The notes beneath the pieces are model-generated. The model searched no databases. It was given only the letters and a program-made list of their open reading frames with translations, and had not been told where the DNA came from. A program made the position numbers and the translations under genes. Below, piece after piece: positions 9,467-19,491 of a stretch of DNA of 51,905 nucleotides; position 1 is the first letter of the stretch, and every line of letters begins with the position of its first letter. Source of the DNA: an uncultured Acidimicrobiia bacterium (lineage in GTDB: Bacteria; Actinomycetota; Acidimicrobiia; Acidimicrobiales; JAHEJN01). The DNA is taken from assembly GCA_964196475.1 (NCBI GenBank), contig CAXMUI010000151.1:1-51905 (forward strand). The letters are read 5' to 3'.

Positions 9467-9828
9467 GAGCGGCGACCAGTACTTTCGTGTTTTAGGTAGG
9501 TGCCGGGCCGATCGGCGGAAGATGGCCCGACACCTCGACGTGAAACATGTTTGTCGGGTGGTCGGCGAAAACCGTACCCGCATGTTGCGCGCCGTGGGTC
9601 CATAATAGCTGAATGGAGTGGCAGCGGTGCACTGTGGACTGACCGTGAGTTCAGCGATGTCGGCAAACACTCGCAGCACGATAGGTATATGGCTAAGCGC
9701 GCCGGCTAGGCGCAACCACGACTCGACTGTCGGAGTTGACATCGGTTGGACGGTGCCTTGACTATGTTCCAGCCGATGTCGCATGGTCCGGGCGATCGCA
9801 TATACCTGCGCTCGTCAAGGAGAAAAAT

Positions 9829-10185
9829 ATGGCCAATCAGATTCAGTATTCCGTAAAGTGGCGCACCCACGAGGGCAAACTCGACGCGTTCAAAGCATTG
9901 GCGGCCGAGGCCGTCCGGCTAGTCGAAGCCAACGAACCGAACATGCAGGGTTATCAGTGGTATTTCAACGCGGATGAAACTGAATGCACCCTCATCGAGC
10001 AGTATCCAAGTGCCGAACACATTTTGGCTCACCTCGGCAACGTTGGTCCCACGCTAGGAAAGCTTCTCGAAGTGTCCGATCTCGGCATTGATGTCTACGG
10101 AACAATCGACGACGATGCGCGTGCTGCTCTGGATCCATTGGGTGCCGTTTATCACGGTCACGCCATGGGCTTCAGCCGTTACTAG
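9829..10185 (+). CDS. ABM/dimeric alpha-beta barrel protein (putative quinol monooxygenase family)
   Basis: AAGGAG SD before ATG 9829; EANEPNMQGYQWY...EQYPSAE..LAHL pattern. Confidence 0.8.
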   Translation: MANQIQYSVKWRTHEGKLDAFKALAAEAVRLVEANEPNMQGYQWYFNADETECTLIEQYPSAEHILAHLGNVGPTLGKLLEVSDLGIDVYGTIDDDARAALDPLGAVYHGHAMGFSRY

Positions 10186-11362
10186 GTAACCGCCCCAAAT
10201 GGCTTAGGGCCACAATTAGGTCATCGATCTCGGCTTCGGTGTTGTAGTAGTGCGGCGCTGCTCGAAACACGACGGGTAGGTCGCGTGCTGCGGCATCCAA
10301 GCGGGTGCTAGCTGGCGTTGACGATCCAATACTGATTCCGTCGGCTCGTAGTCGAAGCACCGTTGCCCGCGGATCGAGGCCCTCGATGGTGAAGCTCACT
10401 ATGGCGCATTGCTCGGTTCCAATGTCGCGCAATTGGCAGCCATCGATGGCCAAAAGAGCGTCTCTCAGGTAATTGGCCAGCTGCCACGAGCGGGTTTGGA
10501 TGTCGTCCAATCCAAGGGCAAGTGCATAGTCGATTGCTACCCGTAGACCAGCGCGGAGTGCATAGGAATTTTCCCAGTTCTCGAAACGACGGGCGTCACT
10601 ACGAAGTTCATAGGTGTCGATGTGCGTCCAGAGGGCACCGAAGAAATCCAGCATGACGGGTTCGAGATTTTGCAACATGGACCGACGGGTGTAAAGGAAT
10701 CCGGTGCCGCGGGGGCCGCGCAGAAACTTTCGACCGGTGGCACTGAAGAAATCACACTGCAGTTCTTGGACATCGACTGGCATCTGACCAACAGCTTGGC
10801 AACCGTCGAGCAGGTAGGTGATGTCGTGCTCGCGGGCGATAGAGCCAACGCCAGCCGCCGGATTTACGAGTCCACCGTTGGTCGGGATCCAAGTAATGGC
10901 GATTAGTTTGACGTGCCCATCAATCATTTGACGAAGAGCGTCAAGGTCAATGGCACCGTCGGCACCACTGGGAATGACGTCAATGACAATGCCGTCGCGC
11001 TTGGCCCGTTGAAGGAAGGCCACATAGTTGGCGCCGTACTCCGCCTCGCAGGTGAGGATTCGGTCACCGCGGGACAGGGGAAGGGAGTAAAACGCCTGAC
11101 ACCACGAAGCCGTGGCGTTTTCGTGGACCGCAATTTCGTCGCGGTGGGCATTGAGGAGCGTGGCGATGGAGTCATAAACACCATCGAGGTATTCGGCTTG
11201 CCGATCCTCGGCCTCGTAGCCGCCAATCTGGGATTCCAATGTTAAATGATCCGTTATGGCATCCAGGACCGGTTGTGGCATAAGCCCAGAACCCGACGCC
11301 TGCAAATGGTTCACATGTTTGAGACCAGGGGTCTCTGCTCGAATTTTCGCGATGTCCATCAT
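10172..11362 (-). CDS. Class V PLP-dependent aminotransferase / C-S lyase-like enzyme
   Basis: DGCQAVGQ and SATGRKFLRGPRGTG (PLP lysine) motifs; C-terminal RAAPHYYNTEAEID. Confidence 0.88.
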   Translation of the reverse strand: MMDIAKIRAETPGLKHVNHLQASGSGLMPQPVLDAITDHLTLESQIGGYEAEDRQAEYLDGVYDSIATLLNAHRDEIAVHENATASWCQAFYSLPLSRGDRILTCEAEYGANYVAFLQRAKRDGIVIDVIPSGADGAIDLDALRQMIDGHVKLIAITWIPTNGGLVNPAAGVGSIAREHDITYLLDGCQAVGQMPVDVQELQCDFFSATGRKFLRGPRGTGFLYTRRSMLQNLEPVMLDFFGALWTHIDTYELRSDARRFENWENSYALRAGLRVAIDYALALGLDDIQTRSWQLANYLRDALLAIDGCQLRDIGTEQCAIVSFTIEGLDPRATVLRLRADGISIGSSTPASTRLDAAARDLPVVFRAAPHYYNTEAEIDDLIVALSHLGRLPSNG

Positions 11363-11382
11363 TGGTCTGAGCCTGCGGGTAT

Positions 11383-12486
11383 CTAGATCTTATGGGTGGG
11401 GTGAAGCGCGGCTTGGTCCTTCACTCCCGGACGTTGCAGCAGTTCGACGATAGTTTCGTCGGCGGTGCCAGCGGCTACCTCCGCTGCGATGAGATCTTCG
11501 ATGCGACGATCGCTCACAATGTCGAAGCCGGCTTCATGGATCATTTGATAGGTACGGCTGACCGTGGCACCTTTGGCATTGAGGTAGCCATCAAGGAACA
11601 GCGAGTTGGCCGGATAGAGACAGAGTGCTTCGAGGGACCGAAGGTGGAACTCTCGTCCGGCGGTGCACCGCACTTCGGCTTTCGGGTTGGTGAAGCGGTA
11701 CATCGCTAACACCTTGAGGCAATACTCCGGCGTAAGGCCCTGGGATTCAACGAGCACGTTGCCCTCGAAAGGCAACAAGAAATTGACCGGAATACTCTCG
11801 GCCTCGAGGGCTCGAAGGGTTTTGGCGATCTCGATGAGATCGGTGGCTGGCTCACCCATACCGGCAATGACACCCGAGCAAGTTTCGAGGTTGTTGCGCT
11901 TAGCCGAACGAAGCGTTTCGATGCGATCCTGGTACGTGTGGGTCGTACAAATTTCGCCATAGTGCTCTTCGGAGGTATTGAGGTTGTGGTTCATCCGGTC
12001 TAGCCCGGCTTCGGCGAGCACTTTGGCCTTGGCATCGTCGAGCAGGCCAGCCGATACGCATACTTGGATCGGGTAGGCCGACTTTATTTGACGCACAAGC
12101 TGGGCCAAGTGCTCGGTGCGTGCCTTCGATGGGCCGCGACCCGCCATGACCAAGCAGTAGCGAAACGCTCCTGCTTCATAGGCCCGTTTGGCCTCGGCGA
12201 GGATTTCGTCGTCTGGCTTCAGCGAATAGTCCTCGATGTCGGCTTCGCTGGTCTTGGCCTGGCTGCAGTACGAACAGTCTTCGGGGCAACTGCCATTTTG
12301 GGCGTTGTTTAAGATGTGTACCTGGACGGTGTTACCCCAGGTGGCTTTGCGTACTTCGTAGGCCGCATTGAGCAACGGCATGAGTTCGACAGCGGGATCG
12401 GTGAGGATCTGTTCGCATCGCTCATTACTGATGTCGATGTTGGCGAGAGCGTCGTCGGCAAGTTGGTTATAGAAGATTCGTTCCAC
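11383..12486 (-). CDS. bioB: Biotin synthase
   Basis: CPEDCSYCSQ radical SAM motif, NHNLNTS, CSG.I.GMGE, SIPVNFL and AGRE; start set at GTG 12486, 6 nt after a TACCTT -10 element. Confidence 0.95.
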   Translation of the reverse strand: MERIFYNQLADDALANIDISNERCEQILTDPAVELMPLLNAAYEVRKATWGNTVQVHILNNAQNGSCPEDCSYCSQAKTSEADIEDYSLKPDDEILAEAKRAYEAGAFRYCLVMAGRGPSKARTEHLAQLVRQIKSAYPIQVCVSAGLLDDAKAKVLAEAGLDRMNHNLNTSEEHYGEICTTHTYQDRIETLRSAKRNNLETCSGVIAGMGEPATDLIEIAKTLRALEAESIPVNFLLPFEGNVLVESQGLTPEYCLKVLAMYRFTNPKAEVRCTAGREFHLRSLEALCLYPANSLFLDGYLNAKGATVSRTYQMIHEAGFDIVSDRRIEDLIAAEVAAGTADETIVELLQRPGVKDQAALHPTHKI

Positions 12487-12538
12487 GCCGCCAAGGTACT
12501 GGACCAACTACTCGTTGCGAACAATCTAAGGTGCAATC

Positions 12539-13408
12539 ATGTGCGGCAATCACAGTCATCCGTCCGATGAGCATCATGAACACCAAAGGGTGTTTCATCC
12601 GCGTCCCCGTCTCCGGCAACTGAGTCGTCGACAGTTTTTGGGGGACGTTGGCAATAAGACGTTGGCTGTCGCTATTCTGTCGCCCGTGGTATTGGCCGCG
12701 TGCAGCAGTGGCGGTGGCTCGTTGGCCACGGTGTCTACGTCGCGGCCGGTGGACCCAACCGCCCAGGCCAACCCCACATCTATTCCCGAAAATTCAGCTG
12801 ACTCATCAACCGAACCCGAATCCGGTCTTCGGTGGGGGCGAACCAATCTTGGCAACGTGTCGGCCTACGTCCTCGCACGCGGAACCGAAGCGGCCATTGT
12901 CGATACCGGAAACCCTGGATCGGCCGAGGCAATCGGAGACTCACTGGCCCAACTCGGACTCACCTATAGCAACGTCAACTATGTGTTCCTCACCCACTTC
13001 CATGGTGACCACGCTGGTTCAATAGGCGAGGTGCTGGAAGCGGCGCCGCAAGCATCGGCGTATGCGGGAGAAGCAGATCTGGCCCAGATTCGAGCCGATG
13101 GGCTTGTTTCGGTAAATGATGGTGACGAAATCTTTGGCCTACAAATGGTGCACACGCCTGGGCACACCGCGGGGCACGTGTCCGTTTGGGACCAAGCGGC
13201 CGGGGTGATGGTGGTCGGCGATGCGCTCAACGGGCGTGATGGGGGAGTAGTCGGAGCTAATCCAAGTTTCAGCCCCGACATGGATACGGCTAACCAGTCG
13301 GCGCGCAAGCTCGCAACATTGCGGTTTGACACGTTGTTGTTTGGCCACGGTGAGCCAGTGTTGACCGGAGCAGATACGGCTGTACAAGCACTCGCGGCGA
13401 GTTTGTAG
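12539..13408 (+). CDS. Tat-exported lipoprotein, metallo-beta-lactamase-fold hydrolase
   Basis: SRRQFLG twin-arginine motif, LAAC lipobox; THFHGDH, HTPGHTAGH, GDA and GHG motifs. Confidence 0.88.
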   Translation: MCGNHSHPSDEHHEHQRVFHPRPRLRQLSRRQFLGDVGNKTLAVAILSPVVLAACSSGGGSLATVSTSRPVDPTAQANPTSIPENSADSSTEPESGLRWGRTNLGNVSAYVLARGTEAAIVDTGNPGSAEAIGDSLAQLGLTYSNVNYVFLTHFHGDHAGSIGEVLEAAPQASAYAGEADLAQIRADGLVSVNDGDEIFGLQMVHTPGHTAGHVSVWDQAAGVMVVGDALNGRDGGVVGANPSFSPDMDTANQSARKLATLRFDTLLFGHGEPVLTGADTAVQALAASL

Positions 13409-13426
13409 CGGGTACCGTCGGCGCCT

Positions 13427-14239
13427 ATGTGGTTGCCTTGGGACATAGCTGCGGTTGGCGCCTTGCTGTGTTTCGCGTTCGCGTGGGGAACCGTTCGGAT
13501 CAACGCCAAGGCAATACCGGTCGGTGCTGTTCTCCGCGAGGTTGGTGTTGTTGCCTCGTTGTACGCCCTTTGGCAGTTGGCCGGGCGCTTGTCCGTGGTG
13601 CACCTGGAGGGAGCTATCGATCGAGGCCAGCAACTATGGGACCTCGAACGTGCCCTTTATCTCCCTAATGAGGCGGGTTGGCAAGCTGCCTTGCTTCCGC
13701 ACAGTTGGTTGGTCAAGGCCGCGAACATTTACTACGCGGGGGCTCACGTCCCGGCCATGGGTCTCTTTCTCGTGTGGTTGTTCTTTCGCCACCGAACCAA
13801 ATACCGCCCATGGCGTACCGCTGTCGGCTGGGTCACGGGGGTGTGTTTGGTCATCCAGTTGTTACCGGTCGCGCCGCCTCGCCTTGTGCCCGGTATTGCC
13901 ATTGCTGACACCGGCGTCTTGTATGGCCAGTCGGTCTACGCAACATTCAACGGAACCGGCGCCGGGCAACTTCAGGCCATGCCTTCAATTCATGTGGCAT
14001 GGGCGGTGCTCATTGGGTGGGCGGTTTGGCGGGAATCGCATGGTCGATGGCGATGGATTGGCTGGGCCCACGCGGCCATGACGTCCTACGTTGTGGCGAT
14101 CACCGGCAATCACTATTGGGCCGACGGAATCGTGGCAGCGGTTATTTTGGTTGGCATACGTGCGATACAAACCGCACGAGTTTCACTGAAGGAGGAGGTA
14201 GAGCACACTTCATCCGCTGATGTTGTGCAACCGGTCTGA
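13427..14239 (+). CDS. PAP2-superfamily membrane phosphatase/phosphotransferase (AUR1/IPC-synthase-like)
   Basis: Multiple TM helices; PVAPPR, AMPSIH and NHYWAD motifs. Confidence 0.85.
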   Translation: MWLPWDIAAVGALLCFAFAWGTVRINAKAIPVGAVLREVGVVASLYALWQLAGRLSVVHLEGAIDRGQQLWDLERALYLPNEAGWQAALLPHSWLVKAANIYYAGAHVPAMGLFLVWLFFRHRTKYRPWRTAVGWVTGVCLVIQLLPVAPPRLVPGIAIADTGVLYGQSVYATFNGTGAGQLQAMPSIHVAWAVLIGWAVWRESHGRWRWIGWAHAAMTSYVVAITGNHYWADGIVAAVILVGIRAIQTARVSLKEEVEHTSSADVVQPV

Positions 14240-14245
14240 GTTTCG

Positions 14246-15223
14246 CTATTGCAGAAGCCGTGCCGCTCGGGTGGCGAAGTAGGTGAGCGTTATGTCGGCT
14301 CCGGCGCGGGCAATGCCAAGCAGCGATTCCATCATGACCCGGTCACCGTCGATCCAACCGTTGGCCGCGGCAGCTTCGATCATGGAGAATTCGCCCGAGA
14401 CTTGATAGGCAGCTACGGGCACGGTCACCATGTCTTTGACGTCTCGGATCACATCGAGGTACGGCCCCGCGGGCTTGACCATGACCATGTCCGCTCCCTC
14501 GGCCAGATCAATAGTGACCTCGGTGAGGGCTTCGAGTCCATTGGCTGGATCCATTTGATGGGAGCGGCGATCACCAAATGCGGGTGTGGAATCAGCCGCG
14601 TCGCGAAACGGACCATAGAATGAACTCGAGTATTTTGCGCTGTAAGAGCAAAGCGCAAGCTCGCTATGGCCGGTGGCATCCAGAGCGGTTCGGATGGCAG
14701 CGACACGCCCGTCCATCATGTCCGACGGCGCAATGATGTCGGCTCCTGCATGAGCGTAGGCCACAGCTGTTTCGGCGAGTAATGGCAAGGTGGCATCGTT
14801 GTCGACCACCCCATCGACCACGACGCCGCAATGGCCGTGTGAGGTGTATTCACACATGCACACATCGGCCCACACCACAATGTCGTCACGCTGGTCTTTG
14901 ATCGCTCGGATTGCTGCGGGAACCGGACCATCGGGGTCGGCCGCGGAAGAGCCAACCTCGTCCTTGTGGTCAGGAATACCAAACAACATGACCCCGCCGA
15001 CGCCAGCCTCGGCGGCTTTGGCAACAAGGGGAAGGAGACGATCAACCGACACCTGAAAATTACCAGGCATCGAGCCAATCGGCTTTTGTACATCGGTGCC
15101 GCCGGTGACGAACAGCGGCAAGACAAAACTCGCTGGGTGGAGCCGGGTTTCGGCAACCTGTCGTCGCAGCGCTGGGGACCGACGCAATCGGCGAGTTCGA
15201 ACAAAGGATGGGGCTTCGGTCAT
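14246..15223 (-). CDS. hemB: Porphobilinogen synthase (ALA dehydratase)
   Basis: DVCMCEYTSHGHCG zinc site; APSDMMDGR, FYGPFRDA, MVKP and AYQVSGE motifs. Confidence 0.97.
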   Translation of the reverse strand: MTEAPSFVRTRRLRRSPALRRQVAETRLHPASFVLPLFVTGGTDVQKPIGSMPGNFQVSVDRLLPLVAKAAEAGVGGVMLFGIPDHKDEVGSSAADPDGPVPAAIRAIKDQRDDIVVWADVCMCEYTSHGHCGVVVDGVVDNDATLPLLAETAVAYAHAGADIIAPSDMMDGRVAAIRTALDATGHSELALCSYSAKYSSSFYGPFRDAADSTPAFGDRRSHQMDPANGLEALTEVTIDLAEGADMVMVKPAGPYLDVIRDVKDMVTVPVAAYQVSGEFSMIEAAAANGWIDGDRVMMESLLGIARAGADITLTYFATRAARLLQ

Positions 15224-15283
15224 ACCGCAATGCTACCCCCAGGCCTACCTGCGATCCGATGTCAGGTGCTTTACAGTGGGGCA

Positions 15284-16129
15284 GTGGATGATGATGATGA
15301 TATTTTGGCGGGCCTGGGCGGCGCGCGAGATCCTGATTCACTTCCCCGCATAATTGATCGGTCAGTTGTCATGGCGGGCCGACGACGCAGGGCGCTGGCG
15401 GTTCTGGGCGTTTTTTGTGCCATCGGAGCAGGCTGGATCATTGTGAGCGCGTTTCGCGCCGATACGGGCCTGAACCTAGGTGGCGGTGGAGACAGCGGTA
15501 TCACCCTCACCGAGAGCGAAGGCTTTGTGGCACCTGATACTATTCCGGTAACCGACTCGCCGATTTTGCCCGATGGCGATGGAGCGGTAGTTGACATCGT
15601 GTCCGTCATCCGTGCGGGCGACGGGACTGTGGCCGACCGGGTGGACCTGGACCCTGACCTGGCACTGCTGGCGGCTTCCCCTGGTTCTATCCGACTCTAT
15701 GGACTGACTTTTAACACCCGCCCCCACGCCGCCATGATTGGCCCCGCCGGGTGGTTCGTCGATGGCTGCATCCAGATTCATGTCGCTGTGGCAACCGAAC
15801 CGGTGTATTCCACCTGGATCGCTGGCTCTGCAGGAGCGTGTCATAGCGAGGGCGTGGGGAAGCCCGCAACACCAAGCTGTGTCGGCGACGGTGTACTTAT
15901 CGTGCCCTTGTTGGCTGGAGCTGAATTGCCTGCTGACACCACGCCGTGGACGATAAGCGCCGATGTATTTCGTACTAAACTGCCCGATGAAATCGAGCTC
16001 GCCCTGTTATCGGGCACGGTCACATTGGACCGTCAACCTGGTCTCCTCGCTGCTGCTGGAGCGGCATCGGGCGAAGTGCTTACGCTGCAATCGCCGACCG
16101 CACCATCGGTCCAGTGTTTAGCCGAGTGA
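15284..16129 (+). CDS. Hypothetical single-pass membrane protein with an extracytoplasmic Cys-containing domain
   Basis: GTG 6 nt after TACAGT; RRRR followed by one TM helix; fills the gap between hemB and the SRAP gene. Confidence 0.6.
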   Translation: MDDDDDILAGLGGARDPDSLPRIIDRSVVMAGRRRRALAVLGVFCAIGAGWIIVSAFRADTGLNLGGGGDSGITLTESEGFVAPDTIPVTDSPILPDGDGAVVDIVSVIRAGDGTVADRVDLDPDLALLAASPGSIRLYGLTFNTRPHAAMIGPAGWFVDGCIQIHVAVATEPVYSTWIAGSAGACHSEGVGKPATPSCVGDGVLIVPLLAGAELPADTTPWTISADVFRTKLPDEIELALLSGTVTLDRQPGLLAAAGAASGEVLTLQSPTAPSVQCLAE

Positions 16130-16175
16130 ACCAAGTAATGCGCTCCGGGCTGTTCGCCGAGTACGTTGTGCAGTG

Positions 16176-16889
16176 ATGTGTGGCCGTTATGTTTCTTCGA
16201 CTTCTGCTGACCAGATAGCCGCGTATTTTGGAGCAGCCGAGGGAGAGACGCTTCTCGAGCCCAATTACAACGTGGCGCCCACGCGCGATGTCCCGGTCGT
16301 GCTCCAGGTCGATGAGCAACGTCGCCTTGAGGCATTTCATTGGGGGTTGGTTCCCTCGTGGGCTAAGGATCCCAAGATTGGATCTCGGATGATCAACGCC
16401 CGCGCGGATGGCGTGGCCACCAAGAATTCGTTTCGAGCGCCCTTCAAACGTCGACGCTGTCTGATTCCCGTGGATGGGTTTTACGAATGGGTAAGTATCA
16501 AAGGACGCGAGAAGAAACAGCCCATGTACATCACTCGTACTGATGGGGAGATGTTTGCCTTTGCGGGTCTGTGGGAACGATGGAAAGGACCACAACCCGA
16601 CTTTCCGTTGCACTCCTGCACAATCATCACCGGTGAGCCAAACGAGAAAATGTCCACTATTCATCACCGGATGCCGGTCATGTTGGCCCCTGGGGACTGG
16701 GACCTCTGGCTTGACCCCAGCTTTAGCGATACCGATGTTTTGCAGCAATTGCTTGTACCCGCGCCGTCGGAGATTATTACGTACCATCCTGTCGCTACTA
16801 CGGTGAACAACGCCCGCAACAAGGGAATCGAACTCACTGATCCAATCGGACCAGCGGACGAGATTCCGGTCGAGGCAACACTGCTGTGA
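16176..16889 (+). CDS. SOS response-associated peptidase (SRAP/HMCES/YedK family, abasic-site protection)
   Basis: N-terminal MCGRY, YNVAP, WGLVP.W, INARAD, RCLIP.DGFYEW and HHRMP motifs. Confidence 0.95.
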   Translation: MCGRYVSSTSADQIAAYFGAAEGETLLEPNYNVAPTRDVPVVLQVDEQRRLEAFHWGLVPSWAKDPKIGSRMINARADGVATKNSFRAPFKRRRCLIPVDGFYEWVSIKGREKKQPMYITRTDGEMFAFAGLWERWKGPQPDFPLHSCTIITGEPNEKMSTIHHRMPVMLAPGDWDLWLDPSFSDTDVLQQLLVPAPSEIITYHPVATTVNNARNKGIELTDPIGPADEIPVEATLL

Positions 16890-18454
16890 CGGTCTCAGCC
16901 TATTCCAAGGCATCTGTCTCGTGGTGGAAGCGCACCTCGAAGCGCATCGACCTGTGGTCGTTGCGGTGGCAAGCGCGTCTCGAAGGCAACGGTGTGGACC
17001 GCGTTGGACCGTGGTTCATTGCGTCTGTGCTCTTTGTGAGCTTGCTGGCTCTGGCTCTGGCTCGTTCCCGTTCGCTTGACGACGGGGCCACATTGGCCGA
17101 GTATTCGCAGACGTCATGGCTAATCGGCGAAGGGTTTCAACCGATCTCGTCGTTGGCTGACGGCAATGTGTTGGCCGACAAACTTTCGTTGGTGATGTAC
17201 CCCATAGCGTTCTTAGCGGCGTTCTTGCCGACGGTAACAACCTTGCTCGTTGTGCAATCTCTGGCGTTGGCGTTGGGTGTCGTGCCGTTGTGGCGTATTG
17301 CCCGGCGTATTTGTGATCTAAAAATTGGGCCAACCACCGCGGTCTTGTTTGCCTACGGTGCTTCTTCAGCACTTCATAACCTCAACTTGGCGGACTTTCA
17401 CCCCGAAGTGGTGGCACTGCCGGCAATTTTGGCGGCTGTGTACACGGGTCTTCAGGAGCGGTGGATCCGATTCTCGCTGTTAGTCGTGGTGATCCTTGCG
17501 GCCCGGGCCGATCTCGGCCTGGCTGTTGTTGGCTTGGGAATTTTACTTGTGATGGAGGGGCGCAAGCGAGCCGGATGGGTAACTGCCATTGCTGGTATTG
17601 GTTGGTTTGGGTTGGCAGTCCTCGCCATTCAACCCGACTTGGCAGATGGCAACTATTTGCCCGCTGAGGCCTTTTCAACGTTTGCGGACGGCAACGCTAT
17701 TGATGTCCTCGGTGGCTTCTTTGCTCATCCTGTTGAGTTCCTCGAACGGATGGGGTCCCGATCGAACTTTGCGACATTCGTAGGGTTGTTGGCACCGGTC
17801 CTTTTCTTGCCCGTTGTTGCGCCCCGCTATCTACTTCCTGCTCTCCCGGTCTACTCGCTGTATCTCGTGGCCGATGTGCCTGAGGGGCGCTTACTCGAAG
17901 CCCCACAAGCAATCCCGATCATGGCGTTTATTTTTGTGGCCACGATTTTTGCGCTCCAGCGTTCTGGCATTGTTCGGGTCTCGCGAGTGAGCGTTGATCG
18001 GCGATTGTTGTGGGCTCTGGTATTTATGGCGTCCGTATTCTTCATCCGCGATTCGGCTAGCTCGCCGTACGAAAGTCCATGGTCGTGGGGTTCCCGTGAT
18101 GCGACGGACCAACAGCGGATAACGGCCGCGGCCCAAATCCCGCCTGAGGACTCCGTGCGGGCATCACCGAAGGTTCTGCCGTTGCTATTTGAGCGCGAGC
18201 GTCTCTATGAGCTTGATACTTCTTTGCTGGGGGATCCAAGCCGGAACGGAACGGTCGATGTGGCGGTTGATCGCGATGTCGACTGGATCATTCTTGACCT
18301 GACCGAGGTTGACCATTGGACGGCGCTTGAGCGGCAGTTCTTTGATCTTGGTCTTGGTATCGCCCGGGATGTGGGCAGTCGGAGCGAACGGTTTGAGCGT
18401 GTCTATCGTGATGGCGACTTGATTATCTATCGCCGCGTGACCGTTGAGGAGTAG
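16886..18454 (+). CDS. DUF2079-like polytopic membrane protein (GT-C-like)
   Basis: About 11 TM helices, NLADFHPE motif, soluble C-terminal domain with IPPEDSVRAS. Confidence 0.75.
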   Translation: MTVSAYSKASVSWWKRTSKRIDLWSLRWQARLEGNGVDRVGPWFIASVLFVSLLALALARSRSLDDGATLAEYSQTSWLIGEGFQPISSLADGNVLADKLSLVMYPIAFLAAFLPTVTTLLVVQSLALALGVVPLWRIARRICDLKIGPTTAVLFAYGASSALHNLNLADFHPEVVALPAILAAVYTGLQERWIRFSLLVVVILAARADLGLAVVGLGILLVMEGRKRAGWVTAIAGIGWFGLAVLAIQPDLADGNYLPAEAFSTFADGNAIDVLGGFFAHPVEFLERMGSRSNFATFVGLLAPVLFLPVVAPRYLLPALPVYSLYLVADVPEGRLLEAPQAIPIMAFIFVATIFALQRSGIVRVSRVSVDRRLLWALVFMASVFFIRDSASSPYESPWSWGSRDATDQQRITAAAQIPPEDSVRASPKVLPLLFERERLYELDTSLLGDPSRNGTVDVAVDRDVDWIILDLTEVDHWTALERQFFDLGLGIARDVGSRSERFERVYRDGDLIIYRRVTVEE

Positions 18455-18457
18455 AGG

Positions 18458-19081
18458 GTGAATTCGCCGGACAATTCATTGGGCCCATTTCTTACGATTC
18501 CTAATGTCATTTCACTGGCGCGTTTGTTAGCTATTCCGGTGTTTGTGTGGCTGTTGTTTGCTCAAGATGATCGTCTGAACGCTGCCATCTTGTTGGCAGT
18601 ATTGGGTGGCAGCGATTGGGTAGATGGTTATATCGCTCGCCGATTCGACCAAGCGTCCGAGATCGGCAAGATCCTCGATCCCACGGCCGATCGTTTGATG
18701 TTCATCGTGAGCATTACGGCAATGATAATCGACGGATCGGTAGCTAAGTGGTTTGCTATCGCAGTGCTCATTCGTGAGGCTGGGTTCGCAATTGGTGTCG
18801 TCGGGTTGGCCGCCGCTGGTGCAAAACGTCGCATTTCGGTGACGTGGTTGGGCAAGACCGCCACCTTTGGTTTGATGATTGCCTTTCCCTTGTTCCTGGT
18901 TGGCCACGCGGATGTGCAGGGCGCCGACACGTGGCGGTTGCTGGGTTGGTTGTTCGGTATTCCTGCTCTGGTATTGAGTTATTACACCGTTATCGAATAC
19001 ATACCTATTGCAAAAAAGGCGCTCGCTGATGGCCGTTACGAGAGTGCTGGGTCGAGCAAAGACCCTGATGCTTTGGTTTAG
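18458..19081 (+). CDS. CDP-alcohol phosphatidyltransferase (PgsA2/cardiolipin-synthase-like)
   Basis: TIPNVISLARL and D..DG.IAR.......G..LD...D signature. Confidence 0.93.
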   Translation: MNSPDNSLGPFLTIPNVISLARLLAIPVFVWLLFAQDDRLNAAILLAVLGGSDWVDGYIARRFDQASEIGKILDPTADRLMFIVSITAMIIDGSVAKWFAIAVLIREAGFAIGVVGLAAAGAKRRISVTWLGKTATFGLMIAFPLFLVGHADVQGADTWRLLGWLFGIPALVLSYYTVIEYIPIAKKALADGRYESAGSSKDPDALV

Positions 19082-19108
19082 GGTCAGTTTGTGCGGTAAG
19101 TTGCCCGT

Positions 19109-19489
19109 ATGAATGTTCCGGAAAACCTGAAGTACTCGAAAGATCACGAGTGGATCCTTGTCGAGGGCACCCGAGCAAAGGTTGGTATCACCGACTACGC
19201 CCAGGACGCCCTGGGTGACGTGGTGTATGTGGACCTGCCTGAGGTTGACGCGGAGGTTGAGGCTGACACCACGTGTGCCGAGGTCGAATCCACCAAGTCG
19301 GTGTCGGACATTTTTGCGCCGTTAACCGGCAGCATCGCCGAAGTGAACGAGGCACTCGACGAAGAACCCGAGCGACTCAATACCGATCCTTACGGTGCTG
19401 GATGGATATTCGTCATGGAACTTGGTGACGATGCAGACATCTCGGGCCTGATGAGTGCAGCGCAATACACCGAACTCACCGAGGGTTAA
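19109..19489 (+). CDS. gcvH: Glycine cleavage system H protein
   Basis: HEW, GITDYAQDALGDVVYV, VESTKSVSD (lipoyl lysine) and DPYGAGW motifs. Confidence 0.97.
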   Translation: MNVPENLKYSKDHEWILVEGTRAKVGITDYAQDALGDVVYVDLPEVDAEVEADTTCAEVESTKSVSDIFAPLTGSIAEVNEALDEEPERLNTDPYGAGWIFVMELGDDADISGLMSAAQYTELTEG

Positions 19490-19491
19490 TC

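Noticed and set aside
9498-9535. Hairpin after attR as a small RNA or terminator
   Set aside because: Imperfect stem with no U-tail and no other support.
15287-15301. (GAT)5 simple repeat as a phase-variation tract
   Set aside because: Short in-frame triplet run encoding poly-Asp; slippage would not shift the frame.
16080-16913. 277-aa minus-strand ORF
   Set aside because: Lies opposite the clearly conserved SRAP gene and has no recognisable domain.
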